From the NCBI GenBank assembly GCA_050010435.1, contig JBEKKZ010000012.1, positions 7,690 to 71,689 of the forward strand: a DNA stretch of 64,000 nt. The letters are read 5' to 3'. A program made the position numbers and the translations under genes. Every line of letters begins with the position of its first letter. Within the stretch, counting starts at the first letter, position 1. Of the stretch, positions 27,974 to 36,278 are shown one piece after another. The notes under the pieces were generated by a model. That model worked only from the letters and a program-made list of their open reading frames with translations. It did not search any database and was not told the origin of the DNA. The stretch is from Verrucomicrobiota bacterium. GTDB taxonomy: Bacteria > Verrucomicrobiota > Verrucomicrobiia > Limisphaerales > UBA11358.

Positions 27974-29290
27974 ATGCCAATGACTTTTGCCCAGCGAAAA
28001 TTCCCTCCGGGCTTCCGCCCGCGGCGGGGGTTGAACTGGGGCATTGTCGGGCTGATGTACACCTCCTTTTACCTCTGTCGCTACAACCTGCCGCTGGCCA
28101 ACAAAGCCATCGCCGACGAATTTCATTTTTCCAAGTCCGACATGAGCAGCATCATCTCGGCCCAGCTGCTGGCCTACGCGATCGGACAGATCGTCAACGG
28201 TCTTTTGACCGACCGGCTGGGCGGCAAGCGCGCCATGCTCATCGGCGCGGCGGGCACGGTGACGATGAACCTGCTCTTCGGCGCGTCGTCGTTCTGGGGT
28301 TTCCTCTGGCTGTTTGTGGTGTTGCGAAGCATTGACGGCTACGTGCAGGCGTTCGGCGCGCCGGGCTTCATCAAGATCAACGCCGCGTGGTTCGGCCAGA
28401 CGGAGCGCGGCACCTTCGCGGGCATTTTCGGGTTCATGATCAACCTCGGGCGGCTCGGCATCAATTATTTCGGAGCCGCGCTGCTGGCTGGCTTCACGTT
28501 CCTCGGCATGTGGCAGGTGCCCGCGCTGCACTGGCGCTGGCTGTTCTGGATTCCGGCGGGCGTCGCGAGCCTGGTGGCGGTCGTGCTCGCGCTCGTGGTC
28601 AAGGACACGCCGGAGGAAGCGGGTTTTGCCGGCGTCCACGCCGGCGAGGCGGATCATTCCGACACGGACATCCACGGTGAGATTGCGACTGTATTCAAAC
28701 GAATCGTCGGCAATCCGCTGGTCTGGATCATCGCGCTGGCGTATGCCTGCACCGGCGCGGTGCGGCAGTGCATTGACCAGTGGTTTCCCCGTTACTTTCA
28801 GGAAGTTTACCACCTTGAATTGAGTTCGGCGCGGTTTCAGTGGCTCGGGTTTCTGATTCCGTTTGTTGCGTCTTCCGGCTCGCTGATCTCGGGCATCATC
28901 TCCGACCGGCTTTTCCAGGGCCGCCGCGCGCCCGTGGCCGCGTGGATTTATTTCATCGAAGTCTGCGTCATCCTCGTGGCGACGCAGGTGCAAAGCCTCA
29001 ACTGGGCGCTCGTTTTCTTCGTGTTGATTTCCTTCACGGCCAACTCGACCCACTCGCTCCTCGGTCCGGCGGCGGCGATGGACATCGGCGGGCGCAAGAT
29101 GGCGGGCTTTGCGTCGGGCGTGATTGACTCGTTCCAATACTTCGGCGCCAGCCTCGCGCTCAAGGTGCTCGGTTACTTTCTCGATAAAAGCTGGGACTCC
29201 TACTTCTACTTCATGGTGCCGTTTGGCGTTATCGGCGGCCTGCTCATGTTCGCCATCCGCAACCAGGCACTGGGCAAAAACAACGCTTGA
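27974..29290 (+). CDS. MFS transporter, OPA-type, paralog of 26017..27459
   Basis: MYTSFYLCRYNLPLANKAIADEF...VNGLLTDRLGGKRA has the same motif layout as the upstream transporter. Confidence 0.75.
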   Translation: MPMTFAQRKFPPGFRPRRGLNWGIVGLMYTSFYLCRYNLPLANKAIADEFHFSKSDMSSIISAQLLAYAIGQIVNGLLTDRLGGKRAMLIGAAGTVTMNLLFGASSFWGFLWLFVVLRSIDGYVQAFGAPGFIKINAAWFGQTERGTFAGIFGFMINLGRLGINYFGAALLAGFTFLGMWQVPALHWRWLFWIPAGVASLVAVVLALVVKDTPEEAGFAGVHAGEADHSDTDIHGEIATVFKRIVGNPLVWIIALAYACTGAVRQCIDQWFPRYFQEVYHLELSSARFQWLGFLIPFVASSGSLISGIISDRLFQGRRAPVAAWIYFIEVCVILVATQVQSLNWALVFFVLISFTANSTHSLLGPAAAMDIGGRKMAGFASGVIDSFQYFGASLALKVLGYFLDKSWDSYFYFMVPFGVIGGLLMFAIRNQALGKNNA

Positions 29291-29314
29291 CCCCGCCGGG
29301 AATTCCGTTAAATT
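29287..29314 (+). promoter_or_regulatory. Candidate promoter TTGACC-N16-TAAATT immediately upstream of the ilv leader ORF
   Basis: TTGACC at 29287-29292 overlaps the MFS stop codon. TAAATT lies at 29309-29314. This would give a near-leaderless transcript for the ATG at 29324. Confidence 0.3.
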
Positions 29315-29323
29315 GAATGCGCA

Positions 29324-29404
29324 ATGTTGAAAAACATCATACAAGCCGTCATACTGGTCGTCGTCGTTGTAGGAAACGACGCCGTTGGCGCTTGTCGTTG
29401 TTAA
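29324..29404 (+). CDS. Candidate ilv leader peptide MLKNIIQAVILVVVVVGNDAVGACRC (26 aa)
   Basis: My own translation from the ATG at 29324. The run IIQAVILVVVVV contains 10 Ile/Val/Leu codons in 12, and the whole peptide has 12 in 26. It lies upstream of a strong terminator and of ilvB. Confidence 0.55.
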   Translation: MLKNIIQAVILVVVVVGNDAVGACRC

Positions 29405-29420
29405 GTTGAGTTTCGACAAT

Positions 29421-29455
29421 AACCCACGGCTGCAAAACGGTCGTGGGTTTTTTGT
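29421..29455 (+). terminator. Rho-independent terminator (candidate attenuator upstream of ilvB)
   Basis: AACCCACG (29421-29428) pairs with CGTGGGTT (29442-29449); a perfect 8-bp stem extendable with GU pairs. Followed by a T-run to 29454. Confidence 0.75.
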
Positions 29456-29488
29456 TTCATCCACGACCGTCAGCCACAACCAAAAAAT

Positions 29489-29574
29489 GATTAAGATTAA
29501 GAAAAAGATTATGATTAAGAGGACGCGTCACCGCGGCTTGATTCTTAATCGTAATCATAATCGTAATCCTAATC
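29489..29574. repeat. AT-rich imperfect palindrome (GATTAAGATTAAG... / ...CGTAATCCTAATC)
   Basis: GATTA(A/C)G-type units in inverted orientation, between the attenuator and the ilvB ATG. Confidence 0.7.
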
Positions 29575-29584
29575 TCCAAAGCAC

Positions 29585-31516
29585 ATGAGCAAGACAACTG
29601 AAATAGCCGCAACCAGGAAAAAATCCGCCTTCGCCCCGAAAGCTACCGGGGCTTCGGCGAGACCAGCCCGCGCCACGCGCACCGGGCTCGGCCCCGCCAT
29701 GTCCGGGTGCGACATTCTCGTCGAAGCCCTCGAACGCGAAGGCGTGGAGGTCATTTTTGCCTATCCCGGCGGCGCGAGCATGGAAATCCACCAGTCGCTC
29801 ACCCGATCCAAAATCCGCACCATCCTGCCGCGTCACGAGCAGGGCGGCAGTTTCGCGGCGGAAGGTTATGCCCGCGCGACCGGCAAGGCCGGCGTGTGCA
29901 TGAGCACCAGCGGTCCCGGCGCGACCAATCTCGTCACTGCCATTGCCGACGCCTACCTGGATTCCTGCCCGCTCATCGCCATCACCGGCCAGGTCAACCA
30001 GAACATGATTGGCCGCGGCGCGTTCCAGGAAACCGACATCATCGGCGTGACGCTGCCCATCGTGAAGCATTCCTATCTCGTGACGGATGTGAACGACATT
30101 CCGCGCGTCGTGAAGGAGGCGTTTTACCTCGCGCAATCCGGACGGCCCGGCCCGGTGGTGATTGACGTGCCGAAAAACATCCAGCAGGCCAAAACCCAGC
30201 CGGTGTGGCCGACGCTCGAACAAATCAAAAAGGGTCTGCGCGGCTATCATCAGCCCGACCTGCGCGCCGACGATCTCGCGTTGAACGAAATCATGGGGTT
30301 GATTGAAAAGGCCGAACGCCCGGTGATTTATTGCGGCGGCGGCATCATCAGCAGCGGCGCGGCGGAGGAATTGAAAAAGTTTGCCGAGGCGGCGCAAATT
30401 CCCGTGACCACCACGCTCATGGGCATCGGCGGCTTCCCGGAAACGCATCCGCTCTCGCTCCGCTGGCTGGGCATGCATGGCGCGGCGTTCGCGAATTGGG
30501 CCGTCAACGGCGAATACAAACAGCGCACCCACCCCAACGATCCGATGGTGAAAATCAAGGACGGCGCGGATTTGCTGCTCGCGTTTGGCGTGCGGTTTGA
30601 CGACCGCGTCACCGGCAAGTTCGAGGAATTTTGCCGGCACGGCACGATTGTTCACCTGGACATTGACGCTTCCGAGTTGAACAAAAACCGCCGTGTCAAT
30701 CTCGCCGTGGTGGGCGACATCAAGGACGCGCTCACGCGGCTCAATGCGATGATGGCCAAGCGTCCGCTCACCCAAAAGCACACCGCGTGGCTGGAACAAA
30801 TCGCCGGGTGGAAGCAAAAGGGGCCCTTTGCCTACACCATTACGCAGGAAATCGCCGGCAGCGACCACATGAAGGACCATCTCAAAGGCCATGAAGATCA
30901 GATCATCCTGCAACAGATGGTGGTCGAGGCGCTTTACGAACTGACCAAAGGCGAAGCCTATGTCACCACCGGCGTGGGCCAGCATCAAATGTGGGCCGGC
31001 CAGTGGTATAAATACCAATTCCCGCGCCAGTTCATCACCAGCGGCGGGCTGGGCTCAATGGGCTTTGGCTACCCGGCGGCGCTCGGCGTCAAGGTCGCGC
31101 ATCCGGACAAGGAAGTGATTGACGTTGATGGCGACGGTTCATTCCTGATGAACATCCAGGAACTGGCGACCGCGCACGTCGAGAAAATCAACGCCAAGGC
31201 CATCATCCTGAACAACCAGCACCTCGGCATGGTGGTGCAATGGGAGGACAAGTTTTACGCCGGAAACCGGGGTCATACCTATCTCGGCAATCCTGACAAT
31301 CGCGAGCAGATTTATCCCGATTACGTGCGCGTCTGCAACAGTTTCAACGTGAAATGCGAGCGCGTGATGTTCAAAAAGGATTTGCGCCCCGCCATCCAGC
31401 GGATGCTCGACGCCAAGGAGCCGTATGTGCTCGACGTGATCGTGCCCTATACCGAACACGTGCTGCCGTTCGTTCCGGCAAACCGCACGGTGGCGGACAT
31501 GATCTGGAAGGCATAG
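29585..31516 (+). CDS. ilvB: Acetolactate synthase (acetohydroxyacid synthase) large subunit, biosynthetic type
   Basis: [29 protein letters not shown]...[19 protein letters not shown]...[11 protein letters not shown]; TPP-binding [15 protein letters not shown]...DGDGSF.MN. The first ~38 residues are an unusual basic extension, so the true start could be Met39. Confidence 0.93.
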   Translation: MSKTTEIAATRKKSAFAPKATGASARPARATRTGLGPAMSGCDILVEALEREGVEVIFAYPGGASMEIHQSLTRSKIRTILPRHEQGGSFAAEGYARATGKAGVCMSTSGPGATNLVTAIADAYLDSCPLIAITGQVNQNMIGRGAFQETDIIGVTLPIVKHSYLVTDVNDIPRVVKEAFYLAQSGRPGPVVIDVPKNIQQAKTQPVWPTLEQIKKGLRGYHQPDLRADDLALNEIMGLIEKAERPVIYCGGGIISSGAAEELKKFAEAAQIPVTTTLMGIGGFPETHPLSLRWLGMHGAAFANWAVNGEYKQRTHPNDPMVKIKDGADLLLAFGVRFDDRVTGKFEEFCRHGTIVHLDIDASELNKNRRVNLAVVGDIKDALTRLNAMMAKRPLTQKHTAWLEQIAGWKQKGPFAYTITQEIAGSDHMKDHLKGHEDQIILQQMVVEALYELTKGEAYVTTGVGQHQMWAGQWYKYQFPRQFITSGGLGSMGFGYPAALGVKVAHPDKEVIDVDGDGSFLMNIQELATAHVEKINAKAIILNNQHLGMVVQWEDKFYAGNRGHTYLGNPDNREQIYPDYVRVCNSFNVKCERVMFKKDLRPAIQRMLDAKEPYVLDVIVPYTEHVLPFVPANRTVADMIWKA

Positions 31517-31787
31517 ACACGAATTTTGGTGGGGCGAGGACGGTGGCCGTCTGCCAAGACCCTGCGAGCCGAAAGCTTTTTGCTCCGTAGCGGCGCGTCG
31601 GCAGACCGCCGCCTTTGGATTCAATAAGGAACCCATGAAACCATGAACCGGCTTTTCTCCTGCATTCCTGGTTTCCTTATTCAATAAACGAGTACCAAGA
31701 CCGCTGAAGAAATTTTAACGCAAAGGCGCAAAGCCGCTAAGAAGTAAGGCAAACACCGCCTATCGGCCTAGTAAAAACACCTTCTTT

Positions 31788-31857
31788 GGTAGCAGCCGAC
31801 GTGAGTCGGCTCTAACTTTCGCCGGATGAGAATGAGCGGACTCACGTCCGCTGCTAC
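31788..31857. repeat. Palindromic REP (GGTAGCAGCCGACGTGAGTCGGCTC / GAGCGGACTCACGTCCGCTGCTAC)
   Basis: Imperfect 24-bp inverted repeat. Further simple-repeat REPs lie at 31527-31700. Confidence 0.7.
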
Positions 31858-31980
31858 ATCAATACACAAGCACCAGCACCGCAGCATCTTGTGCCGACTT
31901 TACCACGTCCTCAAACTTCCGATCAGCCGTGATTGGCGATTTGAGCTTGGCCGAAACCGCCGGCACGGATTCGAGGAAGC

Positions 31981-33312
31981 TCAATCCCGCCATGCGGGAC
32001 TCTTGACCGCGTAATTCACATTCTCCGGCAACGCGCCCGTGGCCGCCAGCGCCGCTGACGCATCCAGCTTGGCCGACACGATGCCGATGACATTGCCCCG
32101 TTCATCCACCAGCGCGCCGCCCGAATTGCCCGGTTGCACTGGCACGCTGATCTGGAAATACCGCGCATCATCCGCTGCGCCGGACAACGACGCGATTTCT
32201 CCTTTGGCCAGCTTGGGTGAGAATCCTTGCAAACCGATGTTGGGGAAACCAACCGTCACCACCGTGCCGCCCAACTTTACGCCCCGGCTCGCTGCAATAG
32301 GCAGCGGTGCAAAGCGCCCGTCCGCTTTCAACAAAGCCAGATCATTGGCCGCATCCACGTTCACCACTTTAGCAGAAATAAATCCAGCACTCGTGACCAG
32401 CCGAACCTGCGCCGCATCTTTAACCACGTGATAATTGGAAATCAAATAACCATCGTCCGTGATGAAAAAGCCTGTGTCACTCGCAGATGGGCCAACGTCA
32501 GTAACGCTTTCAGGTGAAACGACCGAATACTGATTCGCCCTGCGAGGCTTGAACTCTCGCGTCAACCGTTGGCCTTCCGCGACTTGCTCGGGTGTCATTT
32601 CGCCTCGTAACACTTCACGCAGCGATATTGCACCTGTTTGACCATGAGCCGCAGACAGATTTGCCCATTTATATGCTTCGACAAAATCCTGAGGAATGCC
32701 CCATCGGCCGTCGTGGTAAGCTGTGGCAAGGAACAACTCTGCAATCCCTTCATCTTGTTCAGCTGCTTTCCGAGTCCACTTGATTCCTTCGTCGTCATTC
32801 TGCGGCACTCCTTTACCGGCGAGGTAACACGCTGCTAGACTACGCTGGGCCTCCGCAAAACCCTGTTCCGCAGAGTCACGATGTAACTGTGCGGCCTTGG
32901 CATAATCTTGCGGCACGCCTAGCCCATTGGCGTAGCAATGGCCCAGGCCGAACTGACCGAATGCATCGCCCTTCTCCACCGCTTTGCGATACCACTTCAC
33001 CGCTTCGGCGTAATCTTGTTTTGTCCCTTTGCCTGACTCATAACACCAACCGAGGAAAGACTGAGCTAGGACAACATCACCCTCTGCTGCCTTGCGAAGC
33101 CATTTGACTGCTTGTGCATAATCTTGCGGCACACCGCGACCAGCAATATAGAAACTAGCAAGACCAGCCGCTGCGGCTGCATCACCCTTTTCCGCTTTAA
33201 CTTTAACATCCTCGAACAGCTTTCGATCAGCTTGTGTTTGTTGGGCGGGTGTTTCTGCTGCAGAGATGAGCGCCAATGCGATAACCACCCAAGTGAGCCG
33301 TGTCGCGTTCAT
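31981..33312 (-). CDS. Secreted Sel1-repeat (TPR-like) protein fused to a C-terminal trypsin-like (S1/HtrA-type) serine protease domain
   Basis: Signal peptide MNATRLTWVVIALALISAAETPAQ. About 6 Sel1 units (GxGVPQDYAxAVKWYRKAAEQG). C-terminal GFFITDDGYLISNYHVV...NDLALLK...PGNSGGALVD carries a His/Asp/Ser triad context. Confidence 0.8.
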   Translation of the reverse strand: MNATRLTWVVIALALISAAETPAQQTQADRKLFEDVKVKAEKGDAAAAAGLASFYIAGRGVPQDYAQAVKWLRKAAEGDVVLAQSFLGWCYESGKGTKQDYAEAVKWYRKAVEKGDAFGQFGLGHCYANGLGVPQDYAKAAQLHRDSAEQGFAEAQRSLAACYLAGKGVPQNDDEGIKWTRKAAEQDEGIAELFLATAYHDGRWGIPQDFVEAYKWANLSAAHGQTGAISLREVLRGEMTPEQVAEGQRLTREFKPRRANQYSVVSPESVTDVGPSASDTGFFITDDGYLISNYHVVKDAAQVRLVTSAGFISAKVVNVDAANDLALLKADGRFAPLPIAASRGVKLGGTVVTVGFPNIGLQGFSPKLAKGEIASLSGAADDARYFQISVPVQPGNSGGALVDERGNVIGIVSAKLDASAALAATGALPENVNYAVKSPAWRD

Positions 33313-33328
33313 AGCATGAGATTAGGTG

Positions 33329-33928
33329 CTAACGTCGGTCTAACAAGCCGCTTATTTGCAAGCGGAGAAAAGGATAAAATTTCCGTCGGGGCACAAACGA
33401 ACCCAACAAGTAAGCGTCGGTGATTTGTTTGCATCGTCCGAGTTTTTGGTTGTGCAAAATCGCCTTGCAATCATCGAAGCGGCGCAAGCGCGGTTCATCT
33501 GTGTGAATGACGAGAACCACTTTGGAGTATGGGCCACCGTGGAATTGCTTGGAGTCTTTCCCTTGGATTATCTCTTGGACTTTTGCGACCAATTCGTTGG
33601 GAGTCCATCTCTTCTGAGCACGTTGGCCTAACCTGTTCCGCTCGACGGTTTTTTGGTCAACGAGTTCAGTAACCTCAAACGCAACCAATTCCCCATTTGC
33701 CACAGTGCCAACACAGTCGGGCGGATCGGGTTTATTCGTTCGGACGTGCAATATGTCGTGATGCCCACCCTCGGCTTTAATTGATTTGAGCAAGTCGTAA
33801 ACAATGCCACGCTCCTTGCTTTTCTTATCGGGCCAATCCCGCAGAGAAGCGTATCCTTTGCTTGCCCTCAAAAGAGTTTCCACGATGTTTGAGTGCTGGT
33901 TTCGTCCTGCAATGTCGCTGATCTTCAT
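33329..33928 (-). CDS. Hypothetical protein, 199 aa, no family recognised (weak PD-(D/E)xK-like motif)
   Basis: Clean ORF in ~51% GC DNA. ATGA overlap with the upstream gene; 16 nt upstream of the Sel1-protease start. PDPPDCVGTVANGELVAFEVTELVDQK is reminiscent of a nuclease core but not canonical. Confidence 0.55.
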   Translation of the reverse strand: MKISDIAGRNQHSNIVETLLRASKGYASLRDWPDKKSKERGIVYDLLKSIKAEGGHHDILHVRTNKPDPPDCVGTVANGELVAFEVTELVDQKTVERNRLGQRAQKRWTPNELVAKVQEIIQGKDSKQFHGGPYSKVVLVIHTDEPRLRRFDDCKAILHNQKLGRCKQITDAYLLGSFVPRRKFYPFLRLQISGLLDRR

Positions 33929-34467
33929 GCCGCAATATTAGTTCGTTCCAATGCATGTGTTAACTCCACATCGTCGCGAAAAGCTGGAGAGAGCCAATAG
34001 TTCGATGCCCATGCATTCCAAGAACCGGTATGGAGTTGTGGCAGACGAGTTGGACGGCTCTCAACGATTGGAAGCAGGACTTCATAAACTTGGCGTCGGA
34101 CTTTCGGCGACATGCCCTCAATAACGTTGTGTGCATTGGGCGCACACTCCGAACGACAACATCGAGCAAGAGTGCTAACGAGGGAATCTAAACGCTCGCT
34201 GTCGATCGCATCAACCAAGAGTCCTTCTTCTCGCCATCGCAGTTCTTCGAGCACCCGCTTGGCGACGCGAATCCGAAATGTAAACAACACTAGATTGCAT
34301 CTTCCGATGTATTCCGGATGGGAGCGAAAGGATTCCAGTTTTGCCGAGCACTTCTCAATTTTCCGCTGCCAATAATAGCATTTTGCGCACAATCCGCGAG
34401 CCTTGATCGGACGGCGAGGACTAGTGCAATTTCGACAGTTTGTGTGCTTTCGTTCCATGCTCGGCAT
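33925..34467 (-). CDS. Hypothetical protein, 180 aa, N-terminal CxxC...CxxC zinc-ribbon
   Basis: MPSMERKHTNCRNCTSPRRPIKARGLCAKCYYWQRK...; first gene of the tight three-gene low-GC operon. Confidence 0.55.
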   Translation of the reverse strand: MPSMERKHTNCRNCTSPRRPIKARGLCAKCYYWQRKIEKCSAKLESFRSHPEYIGRCNLVLFTFRIRVAKRVLEELRWREEGLLVDAIDSERLDSLVSTLARCCRSECAPNAHNVIEGMSPKVRRQVYEVLLPIVESRPTRLPQLHTGSWNAWASNYWLSPAFRDDVELTHALERTNIAA

Positions 34468-34576
34468 GAGTAAATCGTTTCACCCGTTGTGTCGAGGACA
34501 ATTGGATTTGGCAGGACGCTATCCGTCGCTCCGCAACTTCGAGTCCTTCGCGCGACTAAAAATCAAACGCCCTTTG

Positions 34577-35250
34577 CCCCAATCGTCCAACCTAAAATGA
34601 ATTCAGGAAAAGAGTTCCCATCCGTCCCGCCCGTTGCCCATGCGGAATTCGGAATGCGGAGTGCGCGACCCGTCCGGTCCCGTTTGCGGCTGCCTCCATC
34701 CGTTTCGGCGTAGCGGCTTTCGGGAGAAAGCCGCCATTTGAAATTTCTGCGGAAGTTTGCGGCGCTCTGCCGAGACGCCGCTACGTTGGAATGGGGAGCA
34801 CAGCCGCCCCGGCTGTCGTGTTCGACGCCCTCGTCGAACACATTCCCCCGATGTTTCCAGCGAGGGCGCTGGAACCTGCACGCAAGGCGCGTGCGCTCCC
34901 CCCAATCGTCCATCCCAAAATGAATACCGGAAAAGAGCCGTTGCAATTGCGGAATTCAAAGTGCGGAGTGCGGAGCAAGTCCGTCCTGTTTGCGGGTGCG
35001 CCCCGTCCGTTTCGGCGTAGCGGCTTTCGGGAGAAAGCCGCCATTTGAAATTCCTGCGGAAGTTTGCGGCGCTCTGCCGAGACGCCGCTACGTTGGAATG
35101 GGGAGCACAGCCGCCCCGGCTGTCGTGTTCGACGTCCCGTAGAACACATTCCCCCGATGTTTCCAGCGAGGGCGCTGGAAACGGCACGCGGGGCGCGTGC
35201 GCTCCCCCCGTCGTCCAATCCAAAATCATTCCCCAATTTCCACAATGCGG
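34577..35250. repeat. Tandem composite repeat, ~305-325 bp unit, 2 full copies plus a partial third
   Basis: The track ORFs at 34738 and 35045 start identically (MKFLRKFAALCRDAATLEWGAQPPRLSCS), an offset of 307 bp. The TCGTCC anchors at 34583, 34906 and 35211 are offset by 323 and 305 bp. Each unit contains several hairpin REP modules, for example GCGGCTTTC-ggga-GAAAGCCGC. Confidence 0.85.
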
Positions 35251-35294
35251 CGCGAAGGCTTGCCACCTGGTTGGTTTTTTGCAAGGTTGGCAAC

Positions 35295-36128
35295 ATGTTC
35301 GAGAATACCATTCGCCGGATGCCGCGGCCGCAGGATGTCGCGACGATGACCACACAACAACTTCGGGAGACTTTCCAGGTCGCCGGCCTTTTCGCGCCGG
35401 GCGAATTGCGCGGCGTGTTTACCGACCTCGACCGGCTGGTGGTCGGCGGCGTGATGCCGGTCAAGCCGGTTGAACTGCCGAACCACAAGGAAACCGGGCG
35501 GGCGTTTTTCCTCGAACGCCGCGAGTTCGGCGCCATCAACGTCGGCGGGGCAGGGGCGGTGCGCGCGGACGGCAAGACGCTTTCGCTCGACCGGCTGGAT
35601 TGCGTTTATCTGCCGATGGGCACCAAGTCGGTCACGTTCGAGAGCAAGGACGCGAAGAATCCGGCGAAGTTTTATTTTCTGAGTTGTCCGGCGCACGCGG
35701 CTCATCCCGCCGTGACGATGAAACCGAAGGACGCGTCGCCCGTGCCGCTGGGTTCGCAGGCGAACGCGAACCAGCGCGTGATTTACAAATACATTCACCC
35801 CGGCGGCATTCAAAGCTGCCAGCTCGTGATGGGTTTCACCGAATTGGCCGAGGGCAACGTGTGGAATTCCTTTCCGCCGCACATCCACTGGCGGCGCACG
35901 GAGATTTACATGTATTTCGATCTCGGCGAAAAGGTCATGGTGCATCTGATGGGCGAGCCGCAGCAGACGCGGCATCTGTTTTTGCACAACGAGGAGGTCG
36001 CGCTGTCGCCGAACTGGTCCGTCCATTGCGGTTGCGGCACGGGCAATTACAAGTTCATCTGGGGCATGGCCGGCGAAAACCAGACGTTTGATGACATGGA
36101 CGGCGTGAAGCCGGCGGATTTGAAGTAG
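35295..36128 (+). CDS. kduI: 5-dehydro-4-deoxy-D-glucuronate isomerase (4-deoxy-L-threo-5-hexosulose-uronate ketol-isomerase)
   Basis: MFENTIRRMPRPQDV...ERREFGAINVGG...NSFPPHIHWRRTEIYMYFDL... is a KduI cupin. Start set at the ATG at 35295, because the track ORF begins inside the repeat. Confidence 0.88.
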   Translation: MFENTIRRMPRPQDVATMTTQQLRETFQVAGLFAPGELRGVFTDLDRLVVGGVMPVKPVELPNHKETGRAFFLERREFGAINVGGAGAVRADGKTLSLDRLDCVYLPMGTKSVTFESKDAKNPAKFYFLSCPAHAAHPAVTMKPKDASPVPLGSQANANQRVIYKYIHPGGIQSCQLVMGFTELAEGNVWNSFPPHIHWRRTEIYMYFDLGEKVMVHLMGEPQQTRHLFLHNEEVALSPNWSVHCGCGTGNYKFIWGMAGENQTFDDMDGVKPADLK

Positions 36129-36140
36129 AAATCTCATGGG

Positions 36141-36237
36141 AACATTCAACAACCAACAACCAACGTCCAACTTCCAAGAATTTATCCGCACTCATCGAGG
36201 ATTGAATGTTGGTTGTTGGTTGTTCAATGTTGGATGT
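36141..36237. repeat. CAAC-rich inverted repeat (long hairpin) between kduI and kduD
   Basis: AACATTCAACAACCAACAACCAACGTCCAAC pairs with TTGAATGTTGGTTGTTGGTTGTTCAATGTTGGATGTT. Confidence 0.75.
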
Positions 36238-36278
36238 TTTCCAGTGCCTGCACCGGGCCTGAGGCCGACGCTCCAATT

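Noticed and set aside
34577-35250. Possible CRISPR array
   Set aside because: The repeat unit is about 305-325 bp and has no short unique spacers. The units are mosaics of REP hairpins, and no cas genes are present.
35064-35294. N-terminal extension of kduI in the track ORF
   Set aside because: The extension is encoded by the tandem REP array. The conserved KduI sequence begins at the ATG at 35295.
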